From Candidatus Firestonebacteria bacterium RIFOXYD2_FULL_39_29 (GTDB taxonomy: Bacteria > Oederibacteriota > D2-FULL-39-29): 64,000 nucleotides of DNA. Made by a program: the position numbers and the translations under genes. The stretch covers positions 9,651 through 73,650 of the forward strand of contig MFGV01000074.1 in NCBI GenBank assembly GCA_001778375.1, given 5' to 3'. The notes beneath the pieces were generated by a model. That model did not search any database and was not told the origin of the DNA. It worked only from the letters and a program-made list of their open reading frames with translations. Positions 55,570 through 64,000 of this stretch are shown piece after piece (within the stretch, counting starts at the first letter, position 1; every line of letters starts with the position of its first letter).

Positions 55570-57279
55570 ATGGAAAAATCTCGGGAAGGCAATCAAAATA
55601 ATACGCACATTGTAAAAGCTGTAAGAATAGAACCTCCTGAAGTTGACGAATATTATCTTATAAGCGAAAGAGAAAAGGTGCAAGTACTGTCTTTGGAAGA
55701 TGATAATTCGGCTGAGGTTCTTTTTCAAAATGAGAAATATCCAAGGGTGGTTAATTACTTTGATGATTGGGAACTGCTCCCCTATGAAAAGATCAAAAAC
55801 CAAATCATCGAAGTAAGAGAACAGAATAAAAGACCTTTTTTGATCAAAAAAGAAGTTGCTTCCTTGGTGATAGAAAGTTTGTGTAAGCACGGATTCTTTG
55901 CTTGGAGCAACGAAGAAAGTTATTACTTTAGAAACAAAGACCACAAGCTTTTCAGTGTTAATTCGATAGCCTTTCAAGCTTTTGTCGAGTTTAGCTTTGG
56001 GTTGAATTCGACCGAAATAGAATATAAGTATTTAATTGAGAGTATCAAAGCCTACGCCTACCGTGAGAAAACAGTAACTGTTTACAACTTCTGCTTCTAT
56101 AATAGATATTTAAGTTGCCTGTATATTTCTAGCTTTGACGGGATGATGTATAGGTTAAACGGATATATAGTTGAGTCGGTTCCAAATGGGACAGACGGTA
56201 TTCTATTCATAGATGATCCAAGTTGGGAGTCATTTGAGTACTTGGGTCAGAATATAAGATCGGGATATGTCTCAGAGCTATTAGTGGATACAATAAATTT
56301 TACTTTATCAACAGAGGTGCTACTCCTTCCAAGTGAACAACGGGGTTTTTGGTTGCTAAATATATTTTCCCTGTTTTTTGAAAGTCTATTGCCTACAAAA
56401 CCACTAACGCTGTTTCTGGGTCAGAAGGGGTCTGGAAAAACCTCAACTTTGTCTTGGATATTGTCGCTTTTTTTTGGAAGCAAGGTGCGAGTTCTTTCTA
56501 TGGGAAAGGATAAAGAAGATGCTTTCCTTGCAAGTATCTGTAACGAATACTTAGTGGTCTATGACAATGTTGATGGCAAGATTCTTTGGCTAAATGACCA
56601 CTTAGCAGCTGTTGCCACGGGATCGGGTATAATTCGCAGAAAATTATACACGACGAATGAAAAGAGTAAAATGTTTCCGCGGGTGTTTATATTTTTGACT
56701 TCAAGGACTCCGAACTTTAAGAGAGATGATTTAGCAGACAGAATGCTCATTTTCAATGTTGAAACATTTAAAGAGTTCAAATCTGAAGAACAATTAAGAA
56801 AGGAAAGAGCAGATAAAAGAAACGAATTGATGACAGAATTGCTGAATGACCTTAACACAATAGTTCAACACTTGAAAACAGATGGGAACCCAGAATTTAA
56901 GACAAACCACAGGATGGCTGATTGGGCTAAATTAGTATGTAGGATAGGCAGAGTTGTAGGGGTGGAAAATAAAATTATTTTGGCATTGGAGAAGCTTCAG
57001 CATGATCAAAGTGAATTCTTGCTTGGGGATGAACCTATAGCACAGGCACTTGAATTGTGGACAGGAATACCGGGGTATGAAGCACGGAGCCTAACTGCGA
57101 AAGAGCTTCTGGATGAACTAGGGTCTGCATTCCCTGAAATAAGGAGCACATATAGGAGTCCGAAAAGTCTTGCTCAGAAACTCACACACATAGAAAAGAA
57201 TTTGAAGATCTACTATGAGATAAAGACGGAAAAGGAGGAGGGCAAAGCTAAAACATATAGTTTTAGTAAACGGAAATAG
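55570..57279 (+). CDS. Phage/plasmid primase-helicase (P4/D5-family SF3 NTPase C-terminal domain)
   Basis: Walker A (GQKGSGKTS), Walker B (LVVYDNVD), then ATGSGIIRRKLYTTNEKSKMFPRVFIFLTSRTP. This matches the LTGGDTITARKKY...FKPTAKLIFATNHLP block of P4-type primases. Confidence 0.6.
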   Translation: MEKSREGNQNNTHIVKAVRIEPPEVDEYYLISEREKVQVLSLEDDNSAEVLFQNEKYPRVVNYFDDWELLPYEKIKNQIIEVREQNKRPFLIKKEVASLVIESLCKHGFFAWSNEESYYFRNKDHKLFSVNSIAFQAFVEFSFGLNSTEIEYKYLIESIKAYAYREKTVTVYNFCFYNRYLSCLYISSFDGMMYRLNGYIVESVPNGTDGILFIDDPSWESFEYLGQNIRSGYVSELLVDTINFTLSTEVLLLPSEQRGFWLLNIFSLFFESLLPTKPLTLFLGQKGSGKTSTLSWILSLFFGSKVRVLSMGKDKEDAFLASICNEYLVVYDNVDGKILWLNDHLAAVATGSGIIRRKLYTTNEKSKMFPRVFIFLTSRTPNFKRDDLADRMLIFNVETFKEFKSEEQLRKERADKRNELMTELLNDLNTIVQHLKTDGNPEFKTNHRMADWAKLVCRIGRVVGVENKIILALEKLQHDQSEFLLGDEPIAQALELWTGIPGYEARSLTAKELLDELGSAFPEIRSTYRSPKSLAQKLTHIEKNLKIYYEIKTEKEEGKAKTYSFSKRK

Positions 57280-57727
57280 GAGATATAAATGGACAAACAC
57301 TATATTATTAAAAAGGGATTCACAATCCGATTATATCGCTTATATTGTTTATTGGTAAAAAAATTTAAAAATATAATATTATATATTTTCACTTCAAATG
57401 AAATAGTGATATATGGAAAATCGGTCTAAATATTTAGGTCATTATGGTTTTCTGTATTATTTCAAAGCTGATGTCTTGCCTCAGCTTATATTACACAGGA
57501 GGTAGTGTATGGCTTTAGAAAAGTTGAGAGAGTATTTTGGGGTTACAGAAATACCACAGAAAGAGGTAGAAAAGGTTCCTGAAAAAGTATCAACAAAAAA
57601 AGGATGTTTGAAAATGGTTCAGGTAGGGCTGGATATGGATGACAACAGCCAATTGGAAAAAGGCAAGGATATAGAGAATTTGCCTGATTGGTTATAAAAA
57701 AAGGAGTATTAGAAGGAGGGCGAGTTT

Positions 57728-58180
57728 ATGGGTAAGGATATTATCGAAGAATTATATAATGTTGACAAAGTTCTAAATATTCCGTTTGTCGGTTTAGGGT
57801 TGATCGGAGAAAAGCTTGTGGTGTCATTTGAAAAAGACGATATGACCACAGAGAGGATGTCCTGCTTTACGGAAGGGCATTACACAGGGAATCCCAGTAT
57901 AAGGCTTCAGGCAGGGGAACGGTTCATTGTTGCCACAAGAGCTCAAAGGCAGGCTCTTACGGTCAAGCCAGAGGCTCTAAGCGTTGAACGGCGTTACTTG
58001 AGCGTGAAAGAATGTGCCGTATATACTGGGGTTAGCGTTAAAACGCTGTATCGGTGGAGCCGTGAGTCCAAAGTCCCTACCAGTAAAATCGGACATATCC
58101 TGCGGTTTGACAGGGCAGAAATAGAGAAGTGGGTAGGCAGGTATAAAAGGAGCGCTACTAATGCTGACCTTTTGGATTGA
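57728..58180 (+). CDS. Excisionase-family HTH protein (Xis-like)
   Basis: C-terminal HTH_17: LSVKECAVYTGVSVKTLYRWSRESKVPTSKIGHILRFDRAEIEKW. It lies immediately upstream of the integrase. Confidence 0.55.
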   Translation: MGKDIIEELYNVDKVLNIPFVGLGLIGEKLVVSFEKDDMTTERMSCFTEGHYTGNPSIRLQAGERFIVATRAQRQALTVKPEALSVERRYLSVKECAVYTGVSVKTLYRWSRESKVPTSKIGHILRFDRAEIEKWVGRYKRSATNADLLD

Positions 58181-58246
58181 AAAGACGGCTACGAAGGGCT
58201 ATTATTGTAGCGGATACAAGGGGACAGCTTTGGTCGAGGAGACCAA

Positions 58247-59329
58247 ATGTTAAATGAAGCTGTTCCATATCCTAACCTGACAAGGCGTAAAAGCGGAGTA
58301 TGGCTTTCCGATTTTATTGATCCGTCAGGTAAGAGGATACGCCGTTCTTTGAAAACGAAAGACTTGCGATTGGCACAAGTAAGAGTCCGAAAGATGATGT
58401 CGGAAGCCTACGAGAAAGGATACTTCGACCTTAAGAGACCAGTAAAGATGTATTTTTCTGAATTGGCTGAGAAAGTTCTTCAATATGCTAAGGACAAAAC
58501 CAGAAGATATAAAAAGGTTTATCTGCCGACTATCAAAACGTTAACAAAACATATTGGCAGGAAAACGCTACGTGAGATTACTAAGGGCGTAGTTCAGGAA
58601 GTTCAAGCAGAGATAAAAGAAAGCATATCGGAAGTCAATTCAAATAATGCGATGGTTGTCTTAAAGCGGATGTTCAATCTAGCGATCGACTGGGAATATA
58701 TAGAAACTAATCCAGTCAGGGGCATCGAGCTTTACAAAGTGCCCAAGAGAAAAGTACGGTTTTTAACAAATGAAGAAATTGAAACTGTACTTGGTTGCTG
58801 TGTAGGGCAGATGAAGGATATCGTTTCAGTGGCTTTGCATACGGGGATGAGGAAAGGGGAAATACTCGGTTTAAAATGGGACAACGTTGACCTGAGTAAC
58901 AGGTTGATAGTCTTAGATAAAACCAAGAATAATAACATAAGAGAAATTCCCATGAGCTCTGACACCTATGGCATGCTACTGAAGAAGTATCAGGAGAGAA
59001 AGCCCCACCGAGAAGACTATGTTTTTCCAAACGCTGATAACGAGCAGTATCGAGATGTGGCGGCGTTTAGGAAGGCGGTAAGCTTGACGGGAATTAAATG
59101 CAGGTTCCATGATTTACGACACACGTTTGCTTCTCAGTTGGTTATGGCGGGCGTTGATCTTGTCACGGTCAAGGAGCTTCTGGGACACTCAGAGCTTGAT
59201 ACAACACTCATCTATGCCCATCTGGCACCGAAGCATAAGAAAGACGCCATAGCTAAGTTGGAGTTGCACTACGATAAAGTGGCGGAAGAAAGTTTTTCGT
59301 ATAGCCCAGATTTGCTCAAGAGGGCGTAA
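58247..59329 (+). CDS. int: Tyrosine site-specific integrase (P4-like, with an arm-binding N-domain)
   Basis: N-terminal LTRRKSGVWLSDFIDPSGKRIRRSL (DUF4102/arm-binding-like). Catalytic R (HTGMRKGEI), HDLRHTFAS, and Tyr (LIYAHL). It is adjacent to a tRNA gene. Confidence 0.8.
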   Translation: MLNEAVPYPNLTRRKSGVWLSDFIDPSGKRIRRSLKTKDLRLAQVRVRKMMSEAYEKGYFDLKRPVKMYFSELAEKVLQYAKDKTRRYKKVYLPTIKTLTKHIGRKTLREITKGVVQEVQAEIKESISEVNSNNAMVVLKRMFNLAIDWEYIETNPVRGIELYKVPKRKVRFLTNEEIETVLGCCVGQMKDIVSVALHTGMRKGEILGLKWDNVDLSNRLIVLDKTKNNNIREIPMSSDTYGMLLKKYQERKPHREDYVFPNADNEQYRDVAAFRKAVSLTGIKCRFHDLRHTFASQLVMAGVDLVTVKELLGHSELDTTLIYAHLAPKHKKDAIAKLELHYDKVAEESFSYSPDLLKRA

Positions 59330-59423
59330 CCGTATGGCACATTTTAGTCACATTTTGAAAAAAAGTAAATTTATCAGATTCAACTTTACAAAACGCCTTG
59401 TAGATGCTAATATAAATTCCAGT

Positions 59424-59498
59424 GCGGGCGTAATTCAGCGGTAGAATGCCACCTTCCCAAGGTGGACGTCGAGGGTTCAAGTCCCTTCGCCCGCTCCA
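59424..59498 (+). tRNA. tRNA-Gly (anticodon CCC), with an encoded 3' CCA
   Basis: GCGGGCG acceptor stem pairs with CGCCCGC. D arm is AGCGGTAGA. Anticodon stem CCACC/GGTGG carries the loop TTCCCAA. T arm is GAGGGTTCAAGTCCCTT. Discriminator is T, followed by CCA. Confidence 0.85.
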
Positions 59499-59691
59499 AA
59501 AATCAAAATACCTGCGCATAAAAATAATAAAATTCTACAAGCATATTTAATATTTGAACCCTCGATGTAAGAGTTGCAGGGGATGTGGAGACCGTAGTAA
59601 AGGGGATAACAGTCCGGCTTTTCGGACGCCATAGGGGGATTTATTTCCCCATTTGGGGAGCGCTAGCGACGGTGCGGGTTTCCGCTACTTT

Positions 59692-59714
59692 GGCGGATCC
59701 CTTCGTCCGCTCCA
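59692..59714 (+). repeat. Degenerate copy of the tRNA-Gly 3' end (GGCGGATCCCTTCGTCCGCTCCA), a possible relic att site
   Basis: It matches 17 of 18 nt of GTCCCTTCGCCCGCTCCA at 59481-59498. Confidence 0.45.
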
Positions 59715-60208
59715 TAATTTTGCACTGTAAAAAATCTAAAAACCTCTAAAAATAACAAAACTGTGCTATAAAGTGAAGCAATAAAACACCGCAATTTGCT
59801 AGACACTAGATCCCTCCCCTCCTAAGATTGGAGGGTCCTTTTTTTTGGCAAAAACATATATTAAGGACAGATTTGAATAAGATACAAAAAGACACTGGGT
59901 CCTTGATTAAAGCCTTCAAGGATGGCATTTTTAGAGGAAAAATAAAATATTTTAATGCCACAAAATAGTCAAAAACATCGGGAAATTGTACAAAAAGGAG
60001 TGAAATTCTCCAGTCTGCCAGAAGACACTGGATCCCCGATTAAAACACTCGGGGACGCCATTTTCTTCTAAAATATTATAAAAAAAATGGCGCTTTTTTT
60101 CTTGACACCAACTACCTATAGTAGTATATTAAAGCCGTCGCACAACAGGTAGTGTTATTTAAAAAAAATTAGAGCCGAAAAAATGGCGGGATATATAGGA
60201 GTGATAGT

Positions 60209-62611
60209 ATGATTCAGAAAACGTTTTTGGATGAAGAATCCAAAACCAACCAGGAAGGAGCTAGGAAAGAAGAAAAGAGCAAAAGGAAATTACCCGAACT
60301 AAAACTTTCGCCCAACTCTTTGACGGTCCTCAAAAAAAGATATTTAAAAAGGATCAGTGATAAGGAAACAGAAAAACCTGAACAGATGTTCTGGCGTGTC
60401 GCGGAAAATATAGCGCAGGCGGAAAAAAAATATACTCCGATGATGTCTCCCGAAAGGCTGAGGGAGATCACGGAAGAATTCTACTCGCTCATGGTAAATA
60501 TGTATTTCCTTCCAAACTCGCCGACTTTGATGAATGCGGGCAGGGACTTGCAGCAGCTCTCCGCATGTTTTGTTCTCCCGGTGGAAGACAAGATGGACGG
60601 GATATTTGAATCCATAAAAAACGCGGCGCTCATTCATAAGAGCGGCGGCGGTACCGGCTTTTCTTTTTCAAGATTAAGACCGAAGGATGACAAAGTAAAA
60701 TCCACGGGCGGGGTTGCGAGCGGTCCGATATCATTCATGAAAGTTTTTAACGCTGCCACTGAAGCCGTAAAACAGGGCGGCACCAGGCGCGGCGCGAATA
60801 TGGGAATTCTTTCCGTAGAGCATCCGGATATTTTGGAGTTCATCACCGCAAAAAATAATACCGGCGAGCTGAATAATTTTAATCTCTCTGTTGCTGTCAC
60901 CGATAAATTTATGGATGCGCTTGCCCGGGATGAAGAGTATGATCTTTTAAATCCGCATACCAGAACACCGATGAAAAAATTAAAAGCAAAAGATGTTTTT
61001 AATCTGGTCGTGGATTCCGCGTGGAAGAACGGGGAACCGGGGGTTATTTTTATAGACAGAATGAACGCCGATAATCCCACTCCTGCGCTTGGCATGATAG
61101 AGAGCACCAATCCTTGCGGTGAGCAGCCTCTTCTTCCTTATGAGGCCTGCAATTTAGGCTCTATCAATATGGCAAAGATGATCACCCATAGAAACGGCAG
61201 AGCGGAAGTGAATTATGAACTTTTAAGAGAAACGATCAAGACCGCTGTCCGCTTCCTGGACGATGTTATAGATATGAACAAATACCCTCTGCCTGAAATA
61301 GACGCGATGGTAAAGGCCAACAGGAAAATAGGCCTTGGCGTTATGGGTTTTGCCGATATGCTTATTGAGCTTGGCGTGCCTTACAGTTCTGACGAAGCGC
61401 TTAAACTGGGTGATTCCGTTATGACTTTTATTGACGAGGAATCAAAAAAGGTTTCCGCTTCCCTGGCAAAAGAAAGAGGCCCTTTTCCTAATTTCGAAAA
61501 ATCGATCTACGGCAAGTATACTCCGATAAGAAATGCCACAACGACTACAATAGCTCCGACCGGGACCCTTTCCATAATTGCCAATGTCAGCAGCGGTATA
61601 GAGCCGATCTTTGCCATCTCCTATATAAGGAACGTAATGGACGGCACAAAGATGATAGAAGTTAACCCGATATTTGAAAAAGTTGCCAGAGACAGGGGTA
61701 TCTTCTCGGACGCGCTTATAGAAAAGATCGCGGAGAAGAACACTCTTCACGGTATGGATGAAATACCTGAGGATATCAAAAAAATATTTGTAACAGCGCA
61801 TGATATAGTACCTGAATGGCATGTTCGTATGCAGGCGGCCTTTCAGAAATCCGTAGATAACGCGGTGAGCAAAACGGTTAACTTCCCGCATGAAGCTACG
61901 AGAGAAGATGTCAGAATGGCCTATGTTCTTGCTTACAAAGAAGGGTGTAAAGGCCTCACGGTTTACCGTGACGGAAGCCGGAGCGAACAGGTTTTAAGCA
62001 CCGGAGCTACCAATACTTCTGCGGCTGTACCGGTCACCACCTCTGCGCCTGTAAGAGAAGGAAGAGAAAAAATAATACCGCGCTCAAGACCGGCGATGAC
62101 TATGGGTGTGACCCAGAAAGTAAGTACCGGCTGCGGGAGTTTGTATGTCACTATTAACTCTGATGAAAAAGGTCTCTGTGAGATATTTGCCCAGATGGGA
62201 AAATCCGGAGGTTGTGCGGCTTCGCAATCAGAAGCTGTGAGCCGTCTTATATCTTTGGCTCTCAGAACCGGCATAGATATAGAATCCGTACTTAAACAGA
62301 TCAAAGGTATCCGTTGTCCGTCTCCTCTCTGGGACAAGGGCAATATGGTACTTTCCTGTCCGGATGCCATTGCCAAGGCAATAGAAAGGTTCATACAGTC
62401 CGGCGGGGTTACAAAAGCTGCTGCTTCTGCCGCTGCAAAAATGGAAGCGCCTGCAGCGCTGCCAAAGAAAAATGATTCAGAATCCCTCTCAGCTAAAGTA
62501 ACAAGCGGTACCAAAGAGCTGGCGGGAATGTGCCAGGATTGCGGTAATATTCTTGAATACGTCGAAGACTGCGTGCTTTGCAGATTCTGCGGCTATTCAA
62601 AGTGCGGTTAA
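60209..62611 (+). CDS. nrdJ: Class II (adenosylcobalamin-dependent) ribonucleotide reductase
   Basis: The active-site region is NPCGEQPLLPYEACNLGSIN. The protein is about 800 aa. The C-terminus carries a CxxC...CxxC zinc ribbon typical of monomeric NrdJ. Confidence 0.85.
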   Translation: MIQKTFLDEESKTNQEGARKEEKSKRKLPELKLSPNSLTVLKKRYLKRISDKETEKPEQMFWRVAENIAQAEKKYTPMMSPERLREITEEFYSLMVNMYFLPNSPTLMNAGRDLQQLSACFVLPVEDKMDGIFESIKNAALIHKSGGGTGFSFSRLRPKDDKVKSTGGVASGPISFMKVFNAATEAVKQGGTRRGANMGILSVEHPDILEFITAKNNTGELNNFNLSVAVTDKFMDALARDEEYDLLNPHTRTPMKKLKAKDVFNLVVDSAWKNGEPGVIFIDRMNADNPTPALGMIESTNPCGEQPLLPYEACNLGSINMAKMITHRNGRAEVNYELLRETIKTAVRFLDDVIDMNKYPLPEIDAMVKANRKIGLGVMGFADMLIELGVPYSSDEALKLGDSVMTFIDEESKKVSASLAKERGPFPNFEKSIYGKYTPIRNATTTTIAPTGTLSIIANVSSGIEPIFAISYIRNVMDGTKMIEVNPIFEKVARDRGIFSDALIEKIAEKNTLHGMDEIPEDIKKIFVTAHDIVPEWHVRMQAAFQKSVDNAVSKTVNFPHEATREDVRMAYVLAYKEGCKGLTVYRDGSRSEQVLSTGATNTSAAVPVTTSAPVREGREKIIPRSRPAMTMGVTQKVSTGCGSLYVTINSDEKGLCEIFAQMGKSGGCAASQSEAVSRLISLALRTGIDIESVLKQIKGIRCPSPLWDKGNMVLSCPDAIAKAIERFIQSGGVTKAAASAAAKMEAPAALPKKNDSESLSAKVTSGTKELAGMCQDCGNILEYVEDCVLCRFCGYSKCG

Positions 62612-62647
62612 GAAAGAGTCTCAAGGTTTTAAAGGAAGATATTTTAA

Positions 62648-62682
62648 GACGGGCGTTCAAGCCGAGCGCCCGTTTCTTTTCT
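62648..62682 (+). terminator. Rho-independent terminator
   Basis: ACGGGCG-ttcaagccgag-CGCCCGT forms a hairpin and is followed by TTCTTTTCT. Confidence 0.6.
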
Positions 62683-62786
62683 CCCGGAAACACGTATTTC
62701 GCCTTATAGATAATCACTTAATGCAAACTTGACAATCTACAAAAAAAAATATTATACTACAATATAGTTTTTCAAATGGAGGAAAA

Positions 62787-63839
62787 ATGAGCGATAAAAA
62801 GTTGGGAGTTGCAATAATAGGAGCAAAATTTGCCGCAGGTCTTCACGCCGAAGCTTATAAGCGTATCCCGGAGGTGGAGATAAAAGCAGTAGCGGATATC
62901 AATCCGGAGGCAGTTGCCGCATTTGCAAAAAAATACGGGATCAAAAAGACATTTACGGACTATAAAGAGATGATCAAGCTTCCTGATGTTGATCTTGTAA
63001 GTATCTGTGCTCCGAATTTTCTTCATAAAGATCTCGGGGTGGAGATAGCAAAAGCAGGTAAGCCTATGATCTGCGAAAAACCGCTGGCTACCACTTTGGA
63101 AGACGGAAAGACACTTTTAAAAACCGTGGAAAAACATAAGGTCAAACTTTTTTACGCAGAAGACTGGATATTTGCTCCGGCATTAAAGAGAGCCCGGGCA
63201 ATATATGATGAAGGAGCTATTGGAGATGTTCTTTTTCTCAAAGCCAAGGAGACGCATTCCGGAACACACTCTCCTTTTGCGCAGAAGAAAAAAACATGCG
63301 GCGGCGGTTCCATGATACATCTTGGTATTCATCCTATCGGCTGGGCGAGATGGTTCAAGGAAAAAGAAGTTGTAGAAGTAACGGCAAAAACGAGCGGCGG
63401 TGGAAATACCAACCTGAAGCATAAAAACTACGAAGTCGAAGATTGGGCTTGCGGTATTTTAAAATTTTCCGACGGGACGTACGCGCTTGTGGAAGGTAAC
63501 TATATTACGGTCGGCGGCTTGGACGACAGCGTGGAACTTTACGGATCAAAAGGCGTCGTGAAGGTTAACTTGTCGCAGGGTTCTCCGGTTTCTGCTTTTA
63601 CACTTTCTGGGTTGAGCTATGCCATTGAAAAAGCAGAGATGACGAACGGCTGGACTAAACCGGCGGTGGATGAAGAGAATGAACTCGGGTATGTGAGCGA
63701 GATAAAGCATTTTGTGGATTGCGCTATTTTAAATAAAGAGTCTGTCTGGGGTTCAAAAGGCATTGACGGCTTAAGGGCTCTTGAAGTAATAGACGCCATA
63801 TACAAGTCTTCTGAGACAGGTAAGGCGGTAAAGCTGTAA
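62787..63839 (+). CDS. Gfo/Idh/MocA-family NAD(P)-dependent oxidoreductase
   Basis: The N-terminal Rossmann segment is LGVAIIGAKFAAGLHAEAY. ICEKPLA is the hallmark EKP motif. Confidence 0.75.
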   Translation: MSDKKLGVAIIGAKFAAGLHAEAYKRIPEVEIKAVADINPEAVAAFAKKYGIKKTFTDYKEMIKLPDVDLVSICAPNFLHKDLGVEIAKAGKPMICEKPLATTLEDGKTLLKTVEKHKVKLFYAEDWIFAPALKRARAIYDEGAIGDVLFLKAKETHSGTHSPFAQKKKTCGGGSMIHLGIHPIGWARWFKEKEVVEVTAKTSGGGNTNLKHKNYEVEDWACGILKFSDGTYALVEGNYITVGGLDDSVELYGSKGVVKVNLSQGSPVSAFTLSGLSYAIEKAEMTNGWTKPAVDEENELGYVSEIKHFVDCAILNKESVWGSKGIDGLRALEVIDAIYKSSETGKAVKL

Positions 63840-63878
63840 AAGACCTGCAAAGTTAAAGAAAAATCAAAAAGAGGTAAA

Positions 63879-64000
63879 ATGGTAAATAAAGAGAACACCA
63901 GTTTTGAGATAAGGAATTTTAAAACAGATACCGCGATCGTGGCTTTTGGAACTACCGAACAGCATTCATCGCACCTTCCGGTGAAAACTGATGCTTTTCT
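63879..64000 (+). CDS. Creatininase-family amidohydrolase (3'-truncated at the window end)
   Basis: FGTTEQHSSHLPVKTD matches the creatininase metal-binding motif (GSTEQHGPHLPLGTD). Confidence 0.5.
   Translation, partial: MVNKENTSFEIRNFKTDTAIVAFGTTEQHSSHLPVKTDAF

Larger units (their letters stand above)
39807..59498 (+). mobile_element. About 19.7-kb tRNA-Gly-associated integrative element / defence island
   Basis: It is flanked by 37-nt direct repeats of the tRNA-Gly 5' half. An intact tRNA, an integrase and Xis lie at the right end. GGCACATTTT arm-type repeats lie at both ends. The cargo is type III R-M, SF3/P4 primase-helicase-like NTPases, DUF2958, a mini Pol X, a LexA-like repressor and CBASS genes. 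Confidence 0.75.

Noticed and set aside
59795-60208. Cobalamin riboswitch or NrdR boxes upstream of nrdJ
   Set aside because: There is no B12-box-like consensus and no convincing 16-bp NrdR palindrome pair. CTACCTATAGTAG at about 60108 is only a weak palindrome. The repeats found are of a different kind.

Overview
This is an AT-rich bacterial chromosome segment, with K/E-rich proteins and AAGGAGG-type ribosome-binding sites.

Gene content, left to right:
- Positions 1-39.6 kb are mostly core and envelope genes: a 5'-truncated FliG-like protein with a TPR tail, a 1504-aa coiled-coil protein, pyrF, and a FecR-domain secreted protein.
- Then an ECF sigma / zinc-finger anti-sigma / TonB-dependent receptor cluster, a ModABC-like molybdate/tungstate transporter with three binding-protein paralogues, and a GldA/F/G-like ABC system with its DUF4340 partner.
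- Then an SDR oxidoreductase, two LemA genes followed by a large membrane protein with a LamG-like C-terminus, a thioredoxin, a YgjP/DUF45 hydrolase, a YihY membrane protein, and a DUF4143 ATPase.
- Positions 39.8-59.5 kb are a roughly 19.7-kb integrative element. It is bounded by a 37-nt direct repeat of the 5' half of tRNA-Gly(CCC), up to the anticodon loop. An intact tRNA-Gly, an Xis-like HTH protein and a tyrosine integrase sit at the right end, and GGCACATTTT arm-type repeats sit at both ends.
- The element carries a type III restriction-modification pair (Mod/Res) flanked by AT-rich palindromes, three envelope proteins, and two SF3/P4-type NTPase paralogues.
- It also carries a DUF2958 protein, a 180-aa mini Pol X (Pol-beta-like palm and thumb only), and a 204-aa catalytic-domain-only tyrosine recombinase.
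- It also carries a compact CBASS-like operon: patatin phospholipase, cGAS/DncV-like nucleotidyltransferase, and an E2-like protein. This operon is translationally coupled to a LexA-like self-cleaving repressor that has an excisionase-type HTH swapped in. An operator palindrome overlaps that operon's promoter.
- Downstream of the tRNA lie a relic att-like fragment, three tandem repeats with covarying hairpins, a class II B12-dependent ribonucleotide reductase (nrdJ), a Gfo/Idh/MocA oxidoreductase, and the start of a creatininase-family gene.

A dispersed MITE/REP-like repeat family, with core hairpin GATCCGCC-N10-GGCGGATC, occurs at least six times in intergenic regions. It generates several spurious ORFs in the six-frame track.
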